Shown here in pieces: positions 1-11,946 of a DNA stretch of 64,000 nucleotides. Both the position numbers and the translations under genes were made by a program. Within the stretch, counting starts at the first letter, position 1. Each line of letters opens with the position of its first letter. A model generated the notes under the pieces. That model ran no database searches. It worked only from the letters and a program-made list of their open reading frames with translations, and was not told where the DNA came from. This DNA comes from Escherichia coli (GTDB lineage: Bacteria; Pseudomonadota; Gammaproteobacteria; Enterobacterales; Enterobacteriaceae): assembly GCF_003018235.1 (NCBI RefSeq), contig NZ_CP027437.1; one strand, 5' to 3'.

Positions 1-1053
1 ACGCGAAAAACCCTGCTGTGTCAGGCGCTGATGTCGGAGCCTGACTTGTTGATTCTTGATGAGCCGTTCGATGGCCTGGATGTTGCCTCACGTCAGCAGC
101 TGGCTGAGCTACTCGCCTCGTTACATCAGTCCGGTATTACTCTGGTACTGGTGCTCAATCGCTTCGATGAGATCCCGGAATTTGTCCAGTTTGCTGGCGT
201 GCTGGCGGATTGTACGTTAGCGGAAACGGGCGCTAAAGAGGAACTGCTCCAACAAGCACTCGTTGCGCAACTGGCGCATAGCGAACAGCTTGAAGGTGTA
301 CAACTGCCGGAGCCGGATGAACCTTCAGCACGTCACGCCTTACCCGCCAACGAACCGCGCATTGTGCTGAACAACGGCGTGGTTTCTTATAATGATCGCC
401 CCATTCTTAATAACCTTAGCTGGCAGGTGAATCCAGGTGAACACTGGCAAATTGTCGGGCCAAATGGCGCGGGAAAATCGACGTTATTAAGCCTGATTAC
501 TGGCGATCATCCGCAAGGTTACAGCAACGATTTGACGCTTTTCGGACGACGTCGCGGCAGCGGCGAAACCATCTGGGATATCAAAAAGCATATCGGTTAC
601 GTCAGCAGTAGTTTGCATCTGGATTACCGGGTCAGTACTACTGTGCGTAATGTGATTCTTTCTGGCTATTTTGATTCGATTGGCATTTATCAGGCCGTTT
701 CGGATCGCCAGCAAAAACTGGTGCAGCAGTGGCTGGATATTCTCGGCATTGATAAACGCACGGCTGACGCTCCGTTCCATAGTCTTTCCTGGGGGCAACA
801 ACGCCTGGCGCTGATCGTCCGCGCGCTGGTGAAACATCCGACGTTGCTTATTCTCGATGAACCACTACAGGGGCTTGATCCGCTCAATCGCCAGCTTATC
901 CGCCGGTTTGTTGATGTGCTGATTAGCGAAGGTGAAACGCAATTGTTGTTTGTTTCGCACCACGCTGAAGATGCGCCTGCCTGTATTACCCATCGTCTTG
1001 AGTTCGTGCCAGACGGCGGACTCTATCGCTATGTGCTGACAAAAATAAATTGA
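1..1053 (+). CDS. modF: ABC transporter ATP-binding protein ModF, 5'-truncated by window edge; second ABC domain complete
   Basis: Open frame from position 1; ABC motifs (LLILDEP Walker B, then GPNGAGKST Walker A of second domain); position just upstream of galE as in E. coli. Confidence 0.85.
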   Translation, partial: TRKTLLCQALMSEPDLLILDEPFDGLDVASRQQLAELLASLHQSGITLVLVLNRFDEIPEFVQFAGVLADCTLAETGAKEELLQQALVAQLAHSEQLEGVQLPEPDEPSARHALPANEPRIVLNNGVVSYNDRPILNNLSWQVNPGEHWQIVGPNGAGKSTLLSLITGDHPQGYSNDLTLFGRRRGSGETIWDIKKHIGYVSSSLHLDYRVSTTVRNVILSGYFDSIGIYQAVSDRQQKLVQQWLDILGIDKRTADAPFHSLSWGQQRLALIVRALVKHPTLLILDEPLQGLDPLNRQLIRRFVDVLISEGETQLLFVSHHAEDAPACITHRLEFVPDGGLYRYVLTKIN

Positions 1054-1221
1054 GTCGGTAGTGCTGACCGTGCCGGAGGCGGCCTAAGCGCCCTCTCCGG
1101 CCAACGGTTCGACGCATCCAGGCATGAAACCGCGTCTTTTTTTTCAGATAAAAAGCGCAATCATTCATAAACCCTCTGTTTTATAATCACTTAATCGCGC
1201 ATAAAAAACGGCTAAATTCTT

Positions 1222-1237
1222 GTGTAAACGATTCCAC
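1222..1237 (+). promoter_or_regulatory. gal operator OE (GalR/GalS site)
   Basis: Exact match to classical OE sequence GTGTAAACGATTCCAC upstream of galE. Confidence 0.85.
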
Positions 1238-1259
1238 TAATTTATTCCATGTCACACTT
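1238..1259 (+). promoter_or_regulatory. CRP site of galP1/P2 promoter region
   Basis: Sequence TTTATTCCATGTCACACTTTTCG is the textbook gal promoter CRP/-35 region; followed by TATGCTATGGTTATTTCATACC (P2/P1 -10 elements). Confidence 0.7.
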
Positions 1260-1315
1260 TTCGCATCTTTGTTATGCTATGGTTATTTCATACCATAAGC
1301 CTAATGGAGCGAATT

Positions 1316-2332
1316 ATGAGAGTTCTGGTTACCGGTGGTAGCGGTTACATTGGAAGTCATACCTGTGTGCAATTACTGCAAAACGGTCATGATGTCATCA
1401 TTCTTGATAACCTCTGTAACAGTAAGCGCAGCGTACTGCCCGTTATCGAGCGTTTAGGCGGCAAACATCCAACGTTTGTTGAAGGCGATATTCGTAACGA
1501 AGCGTTGATGACCGAGATCCTGCACGATCACGCTATCGACACCGTGATCCACTTCGCCGGGCTGAAAGCCGTTGGCGAATCGGTACAAAAACCGCTGGAA
1601 TATTACGACAACAATGTCAACGGTACTCTCCGCCTGATTAGCGCCATGCGCGCCGCGAACGTCAAAAACTTTATTTTTAGCTCCTCCGCCACCGTCTATG
1701 GCGATCAGCCCAAAATTCCATACGTTGAAAGCTTCCCGACCGGCACACCGCAAAGCCCTTACGGCAAAAGCAAGCTAATGGTGGAACAGATCCTCACCGA
1801 TCTGCAAAAAGCCCAGCCGGACTGGAGCATTGCCCTGCTGCGCTACTTCAACCCGGTTGGCGCGCATCCGTCGGGCGATATGGGCGAAGATCCGCAAGGC
1901 ATTCCAAATAACCTGATGCCATACATCGCCCAGGTTGCTGTAGGCCGTCGCGACTCGCTGGCGATTTTTGGTAACGATTATCCGACCGAAGACGGTACTG
2001 GCGTACGCGATTACATCCACGTAATGGATCTGGCGGACGGTCACGTCGTGGCGATGGAGAAACTGGCGAACAAGCCAGGCGTACACATCTACAACCTCGG
2101 CGCTGGCGTAGGCAGCAGCGTGCTGGACGTGGTTAATGCCTTCAGCAAAGCCTGCGGCAAACCAGTTAACTATCATTTTGCACCGCGTCGCGAGGGCGAC
2201 CTTCCGGCCTACTGGGCGGACGCCAGCAAAGCCGACCGTGAACTGAACTGGCGCGTGACGCGCACACTCGATGAAATGGCGCAGGACACCTGGCACTGGC
2301 AGTCACGCCATCCACAGGGATATCCCGATTAA
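1316..2332 (+). CDS. galE: UDP-glucose 4-epimerase (338 aa); start at MRVLVTGG, internal to ORF-track start
   Basis: NAD Rossmann motif GGSGYIGSH, YxxxK; RBS-like GGAG before ATG at 1316; operon context. Confidence 0.95.
   Translation: MRVLVTGGSGYIGSHTCVQLLQNGHDVIILDNLCNSKRSVLPVIERLGGKHPTFVEGDIRNEALMTEILHDHAIDTVIHFAGLKAVGESVQKPLEYYDNNVNGTLRLISAMRAANVKNFIFSSSATVYGDQPKIPYVESFPTGTPQSPYGKSKLMVEQILTDLQKAQPDWSIALLRYFNPVGAHPSGDMGEDPQGIPNNLMPYIAQVAVGRRDSLAIFGNDYPTEDGTGVRDYIHVMDLADGHVVAMEKLANKPGVHIYNLGAGVGSSVLDVVNAFSKACGKPVNYHFAPRREGDLPAYWADASKADRELNWRVTRTLDEMAQDTWHWQSRHPQGYPD
1335..1350 (+). promoter_or_regulatory. gal operator OI (internal, within galE codons)
   Basis: Exact match GTGGTAGCGGTTACAT. 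Confidence 0.85.
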
Positions 2333-2341
2333 GGAACGACC

Positions 2342-3388
2342 ATGACGCAATTTAATCCCGTTGATCATCCACATCGCCGCTACAACCCGCTCACCGGGCA
2401 ATGGATTCTGGTTTCACCGCACCGCGCTAAGCGCCCCTGGCAGGGGGCGCAGGAAACGCCAGCCAAACAGGTGTTACCTGCGCACGATCCAGATTGCTTC
2501 CTCTGCGCAGGTAATGTGCGGGTGACAGGCGATAAAAACCCCGATTACACCGGGACTTACGTTTTCACTAATGACTTTGCGGCCTTGATGTCTGACACGC
2601 CAGATGCGCCAGAAAGCAACGATCCGCTGATGCGTTGCCAGAGCGCGCGCGGTACCAGCCGGGTGATCTGCTTTTCACCGGATCACAGTAAAACGTTGCC
2701 AGAACTCAGCGTTGCGGCATTGACGGAAATCGTCAAAACCTGGCAGGAGCAAACCGCAGAACTGGGGAAAACATACCCATGGGTGCAGGTCTTTGAAAAC
2801 AAAGGTGCGGCGATGGGCTGCTCTAACCCGCATCCGCACGGACAGATTTGGGCAAATAGCTTCCTGCCTAACGAAGCTGAGCGCGAAGACCGCCTGCAAA
2901 AAGAATATTTTGCCGAACAGAAATCACCAATGCTGGTGGATTATGTTCAGCGCGAGCTGGCAGACGGTAGCCGTACCGTTGTCGAAACCGAACACTGGTT
3001 AGCCGTCGTGCCTTACTGGGCTGCCTGGCCGTTCGAAACGCTACTGCTGCCCAAAGCCCACGTTTTACGGATCACCGATTTGACCGACGCCCAGCGCAGC
3101 GATTTGGCACTGGCGTTGAAAAAGCTGACCAGTCGTTATGACAACCTCTTCCAGTGCTCCTTCCCCTACTCTATGGGCTGGCACGGCGCGCCATTTAATG
3201 GCGAAGAGAATCAACACTGGCAGCTGCACGCGCACTTTTATCCGCCTCTGTTGCGCTCCGCCACCGTACGTAAATTTATGGTTGGTTATGAAATGCTGGC
3301 AGAGACCCAGCGAGACCTGACCGCAGAACAGGCAGCAGAGCGTTTGCGCGCAGTCAGCGATATCCATTTTCGCGAATCCGGAGTGTAA
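2342..3388 (+). CDS. galT: galactose-1-phosphate uridylyltransferase
   Basis: 348 aa, HPH motif (SNPHPHGQ), operon position. Confidence 0.95.
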   Translation: MTQFNPVDHPHRRYNPLTGQWILVSPHRAKRPWQGAQETPAKQVLPAHDPDCFLCAGNVRVTGDKNPDYTGTYVFTNDFAALMSDTPDAPESNDPLMRCQSARGTSRVICFSPDHSKTLPELSVAALTEIVKTWQEQTAELGKTYPWVQVFENKGAAMGCSNPHPHGQIWANSFLPNEAEREDRLQKEYFAEQKSPMLVDYVQRELADGSRTVVETEHWLAVVPYWAAWPFETLLLPKAHVLRITDLTDAQRSDLALALKKLTSRYDNLFQCSFPYSMGWHGAPFNGEENQHWQLHAHFYPPLLRSATVRKFMVGYEMLAETQRDLTAEQAAERLRAVSDIHFRESGV

Positions 3389-3391
3389 GAA

Positions 3392-4540
3392 ATGAGTCTG
3401 AAAGAAAAAACACAATCTCTGTTTGCCAACGCATTTGGCTACCCTGCCACTCACACCATTCAGGCGCCTGGCCGCGTGAATTTGATTGGTGAACACACCG
3501 ACTACAACGACGGTTTCGTTCTGCCCTGCGCGATTGATTATCAAACCGTGATCAGTTGTGCACCACGCGATGACCGTAAAGTTCGCGTGATGGCAGCCGA
3601 TTATGAAAATCAGCTCGACGAGTTTTCCCTCGATGCGCCCATTGTCGCGCATGAAAGCTATCAATGGGCTAACTACGTTCGTGGCGTGGTGAAACATCTG
3701 CAACTGCGTAACAACAGCTTCGGCGGCGTGGACATGGTGATCAGCGGCAATGTGCCGCAGGGTGCCGGGTTAAGTTCTTCCGCTTCACTGGAAGTCGCGG
3801 TCGGAACCGTATTGCAGCAGCTTTATCATTTGCCGCTGGACGGCGCACAAATCGCGCTTAACGGTCAGGAAGCAGAAAACCAGTTTGTTGGCTGTAACTG
3901 CGGGATCATGGATCAGCTAATTTCCGCACTCGGCAAGAAAGATCATGCCTTGCTGATTGACTGCCGCTCACTGGGGACCAAAGCAGTTTCCATGCCGAAA
4001 GGTGTGGCTGTCGTCATCATCAACAGTAACTTCAAACGTACCCTGGTTGGCAGCGAATACAACACCCGTCGTGAACAGTGCGAAACCGGTGCGCGTTTCT
4101 TCCAGCAGCCAGCCCTGCGCGATGTCACCATTGAAGAGTTCAACGCTGTTGCGCATGAACTGGACCCGATCGTGGCAAAACGCGTGCGTCATATACTGAC
4201 TGAAAACGCCCGCACCGTTGAAGCTGCCAGTGCGCTGGAGCAAGGCGACCTGAAACGTATGGGCGAGTTGATGGCGGAGTCTCATGCCTCTATGCGCGAT
4301 GATTTCGAAATCACCGTGCCGCAAATTGACACTCTGGTAGAAATCGTCAAAGCTGTGATTGGCGACAAAGGTGGCGTACGCATGACCGGCGGCGGATTTG
4401 GCGGCTGTATCGTCGCGCTGATCCCGGAAGAGCTGGTGCCTGCCGTACAGCAAGCTGTCGCTGAACAATATGAAGCAAAAACAGGTATTAAAGAGACTTT
4501 TTACGTTTGTAAACCATCACAAGGAGCAGGACAGTGCTGA
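3392..4540 (+). CDS. galK: galactokinase
   Basis: 382 aa, GHMP kinase motifs ([23 protein letters not shown]). Confidence 0.95.
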   Translation: MSLKEKTQSLFANAFGYPATHTIQAPGRVNLIGEHTDYNDGFVLPCAIDYQTVISCAPRDDRKVRVMAADYENQLDEFSLDAPIVAHESYQWANYVRGVVKHLQLRNNSFGGVDMVISGNVPQGAGLSSSASLEVAVGTVLQQLYHLPLDGAQIALNGQEAENQFVGCNCGIMDQLISALGKKDHALLIDCRSLGTKAVSMPKGVAVVIINSNFKRTLVGSEYNTRREQCETGARFFQQPALRDVTIEEFNAVAHELDPIVAKRVRHILTENARTVEAASALEQGDLKRMGELMAESHASMRDDFEITVPQIDTLVEIVKAVIGDKGGVRMTGGGFGGCIVALIPEELVPAVQQAVAEQYEAKTGIKETFYVCKPSQGAGQC

Positions 4541-5574
4541 ACGAAACTCCCGCACTGGCACCCGATGGTCAGCCGTACCGACTGTTAACTTTGCGTAACA
4601 ACGCAGGGATGGTAGTCACGCTGATGGACTGGGGTGCGACTTTACTTTCAGCCCGTATTCCGCTTTCCGATGGCAGCGTCCGCGAGGCGCTGCTCGGCTG
4701 TGCCAGCCCGGAATGCTATCAGGATCAGGCCGCGTTTCTGGGGGCCTCTATTGGTCGTTATGCCAACCGCATCGCCAATAGCCGTTATACCTTTGACGGT
4801 GAAACCGTGACGCTTTCGCCAAGTCAGGGCGTTAACCAGCTGCACGGCGGCCCGGAAGGGTTCGACAAACGTCGCTGGCAGATTGTGAACCAGAATGATC
4901 GTCAGGTGCTGTTTGCCCTGAGTTCAGATGATGGCGATCAGGGCTTCCCGGGTAATCTCGGCGCGACGGTGCAATATCGTCTGACCGACGATAACCGTAT
5001 CTCCATTACTTATCGCGCCACAGTTGATAAACCTTGCCCGGTGAATATGACTAATCACGTCTATTTCAATCTTGACGGCGAGCAGTCTGACGTGCGCAAT
5101 CACAAGTTGCAGATTCTGGCGGACGAATATCTGCCGGTTGATGAAGGCAGCATTCCGCTCGACGGCCTGAAATCTGTCGCCGGAACGTCTTTTGATTTCC
5201 GCAGCGCCAAAATCATCGCCAGTGAGTTTCTTGCCGACGACGATCAGCGCAAAGTGAAAGGTTACGATCACGCGTTCTTGTTACAGGCCAAAGGCGATGG
5301 CAAGAAAGTGGCGGCGCATGTCTGGTCAGCAGATGAAAAATTGCAGCTGAAGGTCTACACCACCGCTCCGGCTCTGCAATTCTACTCCGGCAACTTCCTC
5401 GGCGGCACACCGTCGCGGGGAACCGAACCTTACGCCGACTGGCAAGGACTGGCTCTGGAAAGCGAGTTTCTGCCGGACAGCCCGAACCACCCTGAATGGC
5501 CGCAACCTGACTGCTTCCTGCGTCCTGGCGAAGAGTATTCCAGCCTGACGGAATATCAGTTTATTGCTGAGTAA
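4534..5574 (+). CDS. galM: galactose mutarotase (aldose 1-epimerase), GTG start overlapping galK stop
   Basis: 346 aa; operon position. Confidence 0.93.
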   Translation: MLNETPALAPDGQPYRLLTLRNNAGMVVTLMDWGATLLSARIPLSDGSVREALLGCASPECYQDQAAFLGASIGRYANRIANSRYTFDGETVTLSPSQGVNQLHGGPEGFDKRRWQIVNQNDRQVLFALSSDDGDQGFPGNLGATVQYRLTDDNRISITYRATVDKPCPVNMTNHVYFNLDGEQSDVRNHKLQILADEYLPVDEGSIPLDGLKSVAGTSFDFRSAKIIASEFLADDDQRKVKGYDHAFLLQAKGDGKKVAAHVWSADEKLQLKVYTTAPALQFYSGNFLGGTPSRGTEPYADWQGLALESEFLPDSPNHPEWPQPDCFLRPGEEYSSLTEYQFIAE

Positions 5575-5580
5575 TGTTAA

Positions 5581-5606
5581 GCCCTCGTCATGAGGGCTTT
5601 ATCTTC
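5581..5606 (+). terminator. intrinsic terminator after galM
   Basis: Hairpin GCCCTCGTCATGAGGGC followed by T-rich tract. Confidence 0.7.
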
Positions 5607-5776
5607 ATATTGTTCAAATCACCAGCAAACACCGACATATTTGCAACTCAATATTCACAACAACCTTACACTGCGACACTATTTTCGCTATGGTTATGCG
5701 TAAGCATTGCTGTTGCTTCGTCACGGCAATATAATGAGAATTATTATCATTAAAAGATGATTTGAGGAGTAAGTAT

Positions 5777-6529
5777 ATGGCTGTAACTAAGCTGGTTCTG
5801 GTTCGTCATGGCGAAAGTCAGTGGAACAAAGAAAACCGTTTCACCGGTTGGTACGACGTGGATCTGTCTGAGAAAGGCGTAAGCGAAGCAAAAGCAGCAG
5901 GTAAGCTGCTGAAAGAGGAAGGTTACAGCTTTGACTTTGCTTACACCTCTGTGCTGAAACGCGCTATCCATACCCTGTGGAATGTGCTGGACGAACTGGA
6001 TCAGGCATGGCTGCCCGTTGAGAAATCCTGGAAACTGAACGAACGTCACTACGGTGCGTTGCAGGGTCTGAACAAAGCGGAAACTGCTGAAAAGTATGGC
6101 GACGAGCAGGTGAAACAGTGGCGTCGTGGTTTTGCAGTGACTCCGCCGGAACTGACTAAAGATGATGAGCGTTATCCGGGTCACGATCCGCGTTACGCGA
6201 AACTGAGCGAGAAAGAACTGCCGCTGACGGAAAGCCTGGCGCTGACCATTGACCGCGTGATCCCTTACTGGAATGAAACTATTCTACCGCGTATGAAGAG
6301 CGGTGAGCGCGTAATCATCGCTGCACACGGTAACTCGTTACGTGCGCTGGTGAAATATCTTGATAACATGAGCGAAGAAGAGATTCTTGAGCTGAATATC
6401 CCGACCGGCGTGCCGCTGGTTTATGAGTTTGACGAGAACTTCAAACCGCTGAAACGCTATTATCTGGGTAATGCTGACGAGATCGCGGCGAAAGCAGCAG
6501 CCGTTGCGAACCAGGGTAAAGCGAAGTAA
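5777..6529 (+). CDS. gpmA: 2,3-bisphosphoglycerate-dependent phosphoglycerate mutase
   Basis: 250 aa; RHGESQWN catalytic His motif; RBS GAGGAG upstream of ATG at 5777. Confidence 0.95.
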
Positions 6530-6552
6530 ACGTCATTCGCTTAAAAATGAGA

Positions 6553-6582
6553 AAGCCGACTGCAAGTGAGTCGGCTTTTTAG
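6553..6582 (+). terminator. intrinsic terminator after gpmA
   Basis: Hairpin GCCGACT...AGTCGGC followed by TTTTT. Confidence 0.7.
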
Positions 6583-6610
6583 TTTGTCGTTGCTAACAAT
6601 GGAGCACATT

Positions 6611-6690
6611 GCCTGATGCGACGCTGCGCGTCTTGTCAGGGCTACGGTGATTCATCGGATACGCCACTCTGACGGCGCATCCGACAATTA
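6611..6690. repeat. REP-like palindromic elements in gpmA–aroG convergent intergenic region
   Basis: Imperfect inverted repeats GCCTGATGCGACGC/GCGTCTTGTCAGG and CGGATACGCC/GGCGCATCCG typical of REP units. Confidence 0.5.
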
Positions 6691-6694
6691 AACC

Positions 6695-7747
6695 TTACCC
6701 GCGACGCGCTTTTACTGCATTCGCCAGTTGACGTAACAGAGCATCGGTATCTTCCCAGCCGATGCAGGCATCAGTGATGCTCTTACCGTAGGCCAGCGGC
6801 TCCCCGCTCTCGAGGCTCTGATTGCCTTCCACCAGATTGCTTTCCACCATCACGCCAATAATGGCCTTTTCGCCACCGGCAATCTGCTGGCAAACGTCAG
6901 CACAAACATCCATCTGCTTTTTGAATTGTTTTGACGAGTTAGCATGGCTGAAATCGATCATCACCTGTGCTGGCAGGCCTGCTTTGTTCAGCCCTTCTTT
7001 CACTTCAGCAACGTGCTTCGCGCTGTAGTTAGGCTCTTTACCACCGCGCAGAATGATATGGCAATCGCCGTTACCGCTGGTATTCACAATCGCCGAATGC
7101 CCCCATTTCGTTACGGACAGGAAGCAGTGCGGCGCACCGGCGGCATTAATGGCATCGATAGCCACTTTAATCGTACCGTCGGTGCCATTTTTGAAGCCGA
7201 CCGGACAAGAAAGACCAGACGCCAGTTCGCGGTGCACCTGCGATTCCGTGGTACGTGCGCCAATTGCGCCCCAGCTCATCAGGTCAGCGAGATACTGCGG
7301 GGTGATCATATCGAGAAATTCACCCGCTGCTGGCAAACCGCTGTCGTTAATATCAAGCAGCAATTTACGGGCGATTCGCAAACCGTCGTTGATCTGGAAG
7401 CTGTTATCCATATGTGGATCGTTAATCAGCCCTTTCCAGCCCACCGTGGTACGCGGCTTTTCAAAATAGACGCGCATCACAATTTCCAGCTCATCTTGCA
7501 GCTCTTCACGCAGCGCCAGCAAGCGAGTGGCATACTCTTTAGCCGCGACAGGATCATGAATTGAGCACGGGCCAATCACCACCAACAGGCGATCATCATT
7601 ACCTTTCAGGATCTTATGGATCGCTTTTCGGGCATGGGCAACCGTATTCGCGGCATTTTCAGTAGCGGGGAATTTTTCCAGCAATGCGACAGGAGGAAGT
7701 AACTCTTTGATTTCTTTGATGCGTAAATCGTCGTTCTGATAATTCAT
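6695..7747 (-). CDS. aroG: DAHP synthase, Phe-sensitive
   Basis: 350 aa; MNYQNDDLRIKEIKELLPP N-terminus, class I DAHP synthase. Confidence 0.95.
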   Translation of the reverse strand: MNYQNDDLRIKEIKELLPPVALLEKFPATENAANTVAHARKAIHKILKGNDDRLLVVIGPCSIHDPVAAKEYATRLLALREELQDELEIVMRVYFEKPRTTVGWKGLINDPHMDNSFQINDGLRIARKLLLDINDSGLPAAGEFLDMITPQYLADLMSWGAIGARTTESQVHRELASGLSCPVGFKNGTDGTIKVAIDAINAAGAPHCFLSVTKWGHSAIVNTSGNGDCHIILRGGKEPNYSAKHVAEVKEGLNKAGLPAQVMIDFSHANSSKQFKKQMDVCADVCQQIAGGEKAIIGVMVESNLVEGNQSLESGEPLAYGKSITDACIGWEDTDALLRQLANAVKARRG

Positions 7748-7817
7748 GTCTGTTCCAGTGTTGCCATACTTATCTTAGTGAATGCAATACTTCCAATCTA
7801 TATCTTCCGTCAGAATG

Positions 7818-7835
7818 TGTAAACGGGGTTTTACA
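7818..7835. promoter_or_regulatory. TyrR box upstream of aroG
   Basis: TGTAAACGGGGTTTTACA matches TGTAAA-N6-TTTACA consensus. Confidence 0.7.
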
Positions 7836-8062
7836 CTATGAACGGATTAATCCTGGAATTAGCAAGAAAAACGCCAGATTGTCGCGAAAAACGAGATCTC
7901 TCCTACAATTTCTAACTGTAACTCCTTTGTTTGTTAATTATTTCAAGATTCTCTGCTGCGTTTCATAACCTGGCTGAAATCTTAAACCAATGCCTTATAT
8001 TCACCTGCAAATGCACTGTTGGAAGAGGTTATCCGACATAACGACCATAACAGGAGCATCCT

Positions 8063-8443
8063 ATGAAAATGACAAAACTGGCCACACTATTTCTGACTGC
8101 CACTCTAAGCCTTGCCAGCGGTTCCGCACTGGCTGCCGATAGCGGAGCGCAAACTAATAACGGCCAGGCAAACGCCGCAGCTGATGCGGGCCAGGTAGCC
8201 CCTGACGCCCGTGAAAATATCGCGCCAAATAACGTCGACAATAACGGGGTAAATACCGGTTCTGGCGGCACAATGCTGCATTCGGATGGTTCTTCAATGA
8301 ACAATGACGGAATGACCAAAGATGAAGAGCACAAGAACACCATGTGCAAAGATGGTCGCTGTCCGGATATCAATAAAAAGGTACAAACCGGTGATGGCAT
8401 CAATAATGATGTCGATACCAAAACCGACGGTACCACGCAGTAA
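8063..8443 (+). CDS. ybgS: secreted low-complexity protein YbgS
   Basis: 126 aa with signal peptide and Asn/Gly/Asp-rich body; synteny. Confidence 0.8.
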   Translation: MKMTKLATLFLTATLSLASGSALAADSGAQTNNGQANAAADAGQVAPDARENIAPNNVDNNGVNTGSGGTMLHSDGSSMNNDGMTKDEEHKNTMCKDGRCPDINKKVQTGDGINNDVDTKTDGTTQ

Positions 8444-8464
8444 CCCTGCAAAATAGCCAATAAT

Positions 8465-8495
8465 GGGAGAGCGGAGTCTCTCCCTTTTAATTTTT
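8465..8495 (+). terminator. intrinsic terminator after ybgS
   Basis: Hairpin GGGAGAGCGGAGTCTCTCCC followed by T-run. Confidence 0.7.
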
Positions 8496-8556
8496 CCCTT
8501 CTAAAAGCAGTATGATGTCATAAAGTTAAGTGAGAATAATTAAGGGATGACTCGTC

Positions 8557-9498
8557 ATGGCGCACTCACACTCACACACTTCCTCACACCTGCCAGAAGA
8601 TAATAATGCTCGTCGCTTGTTGTATGCTTTCGGCGTGACTGCCGGGTTTATGCTCGTAGAAGTCATTGGTGGTTTTCTTTCCGGTTCTCTGGCATTGCTG
8701 GCCGATGCGGGTCATATGTTGACCGATACTGCCGCCCTGCTTTTCGCCCTACTCGCAGTGCAATTTTCCCGTCGTCCTCCCACCATTCGCCACACTTTCG
8801 GTTGGCTAAGATTGACCACGCTCGCGGCGTTTGTGAATGCCATCGCCCTGGTGGTGATTACTATTTTGATTGTCTGGGAGGCGATAGAACGCTTCCGCAC
8901 TCCGCGTCCGGTCGAGGGCGGCATGATGATGGCAATTGCCGTGGCTGGGCTGCTGGCAAATATACTTTCTTTCTGGTTACTTCATCACGGCAGCGAAGAG
9001 AAAAACCTCAACGTGCGAGCAGCGGCACTGCATGTGCTCGGGGACCTGCTGGGTTCGGTTGGGGCTATTATTGCCGCGTTGATTATTATCTGGACCGGCT
9101 GGACACCTGCTGACCCCATTCTCTCAATACTGGTGTCGCTTCTGGTTCTGCGTAGCGCGTGGCGACTGTTGAAAGATAGCGTGAATGAATTACTTGAAGG
9201 TGCACCGGTATCGCTGGATATCGCCGAACTGAAGCGTCGTATGTGCCGGGAAATCCCGGAAGTCCGCAATGTGCACCATGTACATGTATGGATGGTAGGC
9301 GAGAAGCCGGTGATGACGCTGCATGTGCAGGTGATCCCGCCACACGATCACGATGCCTTGTTAGATCAGATCCAACACTACCTGATGGATCACTATCAGA
9401 TTGAGCACGCCACTATTCAGATGGAATATCAACCTTGTCATGGGCCAGACTGCCACCTGAATGAAGGGGTGTCTGGCCATTCACATCATCACCATTAA
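8557..9498 (+). CDS. zitB: Zn(II)/H+ cation diffusion facilitator efflux transporter
   Basis: 313 aa, His-rich N and C termini, six TM helices, CDF motifs. Confidence 0.92.
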   Translation: MAHSHSHTSSHLPEDNNARRLLYAFGVTAGFMLVEVIGGFLSGSLALLADAGHMLTDTAALLFALLAVQFSRRPPTIRHTFGWLRLTTLAAFVNAIALVVITILIVWEAIERFRTPRPVEGGMMMAIAVAGLLANILSFWLLHHGSEEKNLNVRAAALHVLGDLLGSVGAIIAALIIIWTGWTPADPILSILVSLLVLRSAWRLLKDSVNELLEGAPVSLDIAELKRRMCREIPEVRNVHHVHVWMVGEKPVMTLHVQVIPPHDHDALLDQIQHYLMDHYQIEHATIQMEYQPCHGPDCHLNEGVSGHSHHHH

Positions 9499-10214
9499 TG
9501 GGACAGCGCGCGTGAACCTCTTTCGCGTGCGCTGTTGATCCACATCCGGCTGCCGTTGAGGGCAATAAAGGTCAGGATGATGTACTCCAGAGACATGGCG
9601 TAAACGCCCTGAAGTGCAAAAATAACGACGCTAATCACGTTAATAATCACCCACAACAGCCAGTTTTCCACATACTTACGCGTCATCAGAATCATTGCCA
9701 CGATAGATAACACCATCATGCAGGAATCCCAGAACGGGAAAGCGTCCGGTTGCAGTTCAGGCATCGCAACCTGTAATCCTAATGCTTGCATGATCATGAC
9801 TGCCACGCGGGTCAAAAATGCAAATACCGGATTGATAAATACCGTCATCAGACCAATCGAAACAACGCAAACCGCTAACCAGTTTAGCGCCTTCGGCAAT
9901 GGCAACCAGCGAATTTTCAACTCCGCCTCGTTCTGACTGGTTTGTCGCGACCACGCATACCAACCGTAAATATTCGCGGCAAAGAAAAACACCTGTAATA
10001 GCAGGCTGGCATACAGCTGAATCTGAAAGAAAATAATGCCAAACAAGGTGACGTTGATCAGGCCAAAGAAGTAGTTGCTGATCTTCTCCAGACTGGCAAG
10101 GCCAATACACAGCAACCCGGCGATCGTGCCTACCGCTTCGATCCATGAGAGATCATAACCGCCTGCTCCTATTGGTATATGTACCAGGATATTCTGCACA
10201 CTAAAAAAATCCAT
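9495..10214 (-). CDS. pnuC: nicotinamide riboside/NMN transporter
   Basis: 239 aa integral membrane protein; downstream of nadA in same orientation. Confidence 0.9.
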   Translation of the reverse strand: MDFFSVQNILVHIPIGAGGYDLSWIEAVGTIAGLLCIGLASLEKISNYFFGLINVTLFGIIFFQIQLYASLLLQVFFFAANIYGWYAWSRQTSQNEAELKIRWLPLPKALNWLAVCVVSIGLMTVFINPVFAFLTRVAVMIMQALGLQVAMPELQPDAFPFWDSCMMVLSIVAMILMTRKYVENWLLWVIINVISVVIFALQGVYAMSLEYIILTFIALNGSRMWINSARERGSRALSH

Positions 10215-10251
10215 CTTTCCCCCAAAGCGTAACGTTACGCCTTATTATTCG

Positions 10252-11295
10252 TTATCCACGTAGTGTAGCCGCAAAATCCAGCATACGATTGAGCGGCACC
10301 AGCGCCCTCTCTCGCAGCCTTTCATCAACATGAACCTCGTGATTGCTTCCTTCCTGTTCTAATGCCTCTGCGATGGCCTGAAGGCCATTCATGGCCATCC
10401 ACGGACAATGCGCGCAGCTGCGGCAGGTTGCACCCTCACCTGCGGTTGGTGCTTCCAGTAACTCTTTATCTGGCACCGCCTGCTGCATTTTGTAGAAAAT
10501 ACCCCGATCGGTTGCCACAATAAGCCTCTGATGTGGCAATGTTTTCGCAGCAGCGATCAGTTGACTGGTGGAACCGACCGCATCCGCCATCTCTACAATA
10601 GCTTGTGGTGATTCTGGATGCACCAGTATGGCAGCATCCGGGTATTCTTCTTGCAAGCGGGTTAACGCCTGAGTCTTAAATTCATCATGCACAATGCAGG
10701 CACCCTGCCAGCATAAAATGTCTGCGCCCGTCTGTTTTTGCACGTAACGCCCCAGATGTTTGTCGGGTGCCCAGATGATTTTTTCACCCAAACTATCCAG
10801 ATGATCAATAAGTTCGACGGCAATGCTTGAAGTTACCACCCAATCTGCCCGCGCTTTTACCGCAGCAGAAGTGTTGGCGTAGACGACGACAGTATGATCG
10901 GGATGGGCATCGCAAAATGCGTTAAATTCTTCAACAGGGCAGCCGAGATCCAGTGAACATTCAGCCTGAAGTGTCGGCATCAGAATTGTTTTTTCCGGAC
11001 TGAGAATTTTGGCGGTTTCTCCCATAAATCTCACCCCAGCGACTAACAACGTAGAAGCGGGATGCTTTGCACCGAAGCGCGCCATTTCCAGAGAATCAGA
11101 AATACAGCCACCGGTTTCTTCTGCCAGTTGTTGAATTTCGGGATCGGTATAGTAATGGGCAACCATCACCGCATTACGTTCTTTTAGCAGACGTTTTATC
11201 TTCTCGCGGTAATACGCTTTTTCATCAATGCTTAACGGCGTCGGCTTCGGGGGGAAAGGATAAATCGCCGTGTCTGGATCAAACATCACGCTCAT
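10252..11295 (-). CDS. nadA: quinolinate synthase A
   Basis: 347 aa; conserved Cys residues for 4Fe-4S cluster. Confidence 0.95.
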   Translation of the reverse strand: MSVMFDPDTAIYPFPPKPTPLSIDEKAYYREKIKRLLKERNAVMVAHYYTDPEIQQLAEETGGCISDSLEMARFGAKHPASTLLVAGVRFMGETAKILSPEKTILMPTLQAECSLDLGCPVEEFNAFCDAHPDHTVVVYANTSAAVKARADWVVTSSIAVELIDHLDSLGEKIIWAPDKHLGRYVQKQTGADILCWQGACIVHDEFKTQALTRLQEEYPDAAILVHPESPQAIVEMADAVGSTSQLIAAAKTLPHQRLIVATDRGIFYKMQQAVPDKELLEAPTAGEGATCRSCAHCPWMAMNGLQAIAEALEQEGSNHEVHVDERLRERALVPLNRMLDFAATLRG

Positions 11296-11367
11296 CTTAC
11301 CATCTCGTTTTACAGGCTTAACGTTAAAACCGACATGAGCGTAATATTCGCTGTTATCGGTGAAATT

Positions 11368-11385
11368 TGTTTTATATGCTAAACA
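11368..11385. promoter_or_regulatory. NadR operator candidate upstream of nadA
   Basis: Palindrome TGTTTtatatgcTAAACA in nadA 5' region. Confidence 0.6.
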
Positions 11386-11572
11386 AGATAGTCGAATGGT
11401 GGGGAAAAGTCACTCGAATTACGTATGAGATGACGAATGCCACACTTTGCGTCTTATTCCTCCGACGTAGAGTTGTTTACGCAGCAAGCGCGGAGTAAGT
11501 CATCTGGGTTAAGAATTGAAATTGAGAGATGCCTGAATAGCAAAAAAGCGCCTTTAGGGCTCTTTTTTACAC

Positions 11573-11618
11573 TGGTGGGTCGTGCAGGATGACTCGCTTC
11601 GCTCGCCCTTCGGGCCGT
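11573..11618 (-). repeat. tRNA-Lys 3'-end-derived fragment repeat, copy A
   Basis: Begins with the 16-nt tRNA-Lys 3' end (incl. CCA) then GATGACTCGCTTCGCTCGCCCTTCGGGCCG; three near-identical copies in the array. Confidence 0.6.
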
Positions 11619-11697
11619 CGCCGCGAGCGGCTCCGTTGTTTCGCTGCGCTCAATTCGAACCTGCTGCAGGTTCGAATCTTTGAGTATCGCAGATAGC

Positions 11698-11724
11698 AAA
11701 AAAGCGCCTTTAGGGCGCTTTTTT
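11698..11724 (-). terminator. intrinsic terminator at 3' end of Lys/Val tRNA operon
   Basis: GCGCC/GGCGC hairpin flanked by A-run and T-run; a second near-identical hairpin at about 11544–11567. Confidence 0.65.
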
Positions 11725-11728
11725 ACAT

Positions 11729-11804
11729 TGGTGGGTCGTGCAGGATTCGAACCTGCGACCAATTGATTAAAAGTCAACTGCTCTACCAACTGAGCTAACG
11801 ACCC
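11729..11804 (-). tRNA. tRNA-Lys (anticodon UUU), distal tandem copy
   Basis: 76-nt exact reverse complement of E. coli tRNA-Lys, ending CCA. Confidence 0.92.
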
Positions 11805-11837
11805 CTTGCGGGATTATGCTGCTTTAATCATTCAGGA

Positions 11838-11913
11838 TGGTGGGTCGTGCAGGATTCGAACCTGCGACCAATTGATTAAAAGTCAACTGCTCTACCAACT
11901 GAGCTAACGACCC
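11838..11913 (-). tRNA. lysQ: tRNA-Lys (UUU)
   Basis: Exact tRNA-Lys sequence; part of perfect 109-bp tandem unit. Confidence 0.9.
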
Positions 11914-11946
11914 CTTGCGGGATTATGCTGCTTTAATCATTCAGGA

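Noticed and set aside
11454-11789. 111-aa minus-strand ORF overlapping the tRNA array 3' end
   Set aside because: Overlaps a tRNA-Lys gene and tRNA-derived repeats; its translation is just tRNA sequence read as codons.
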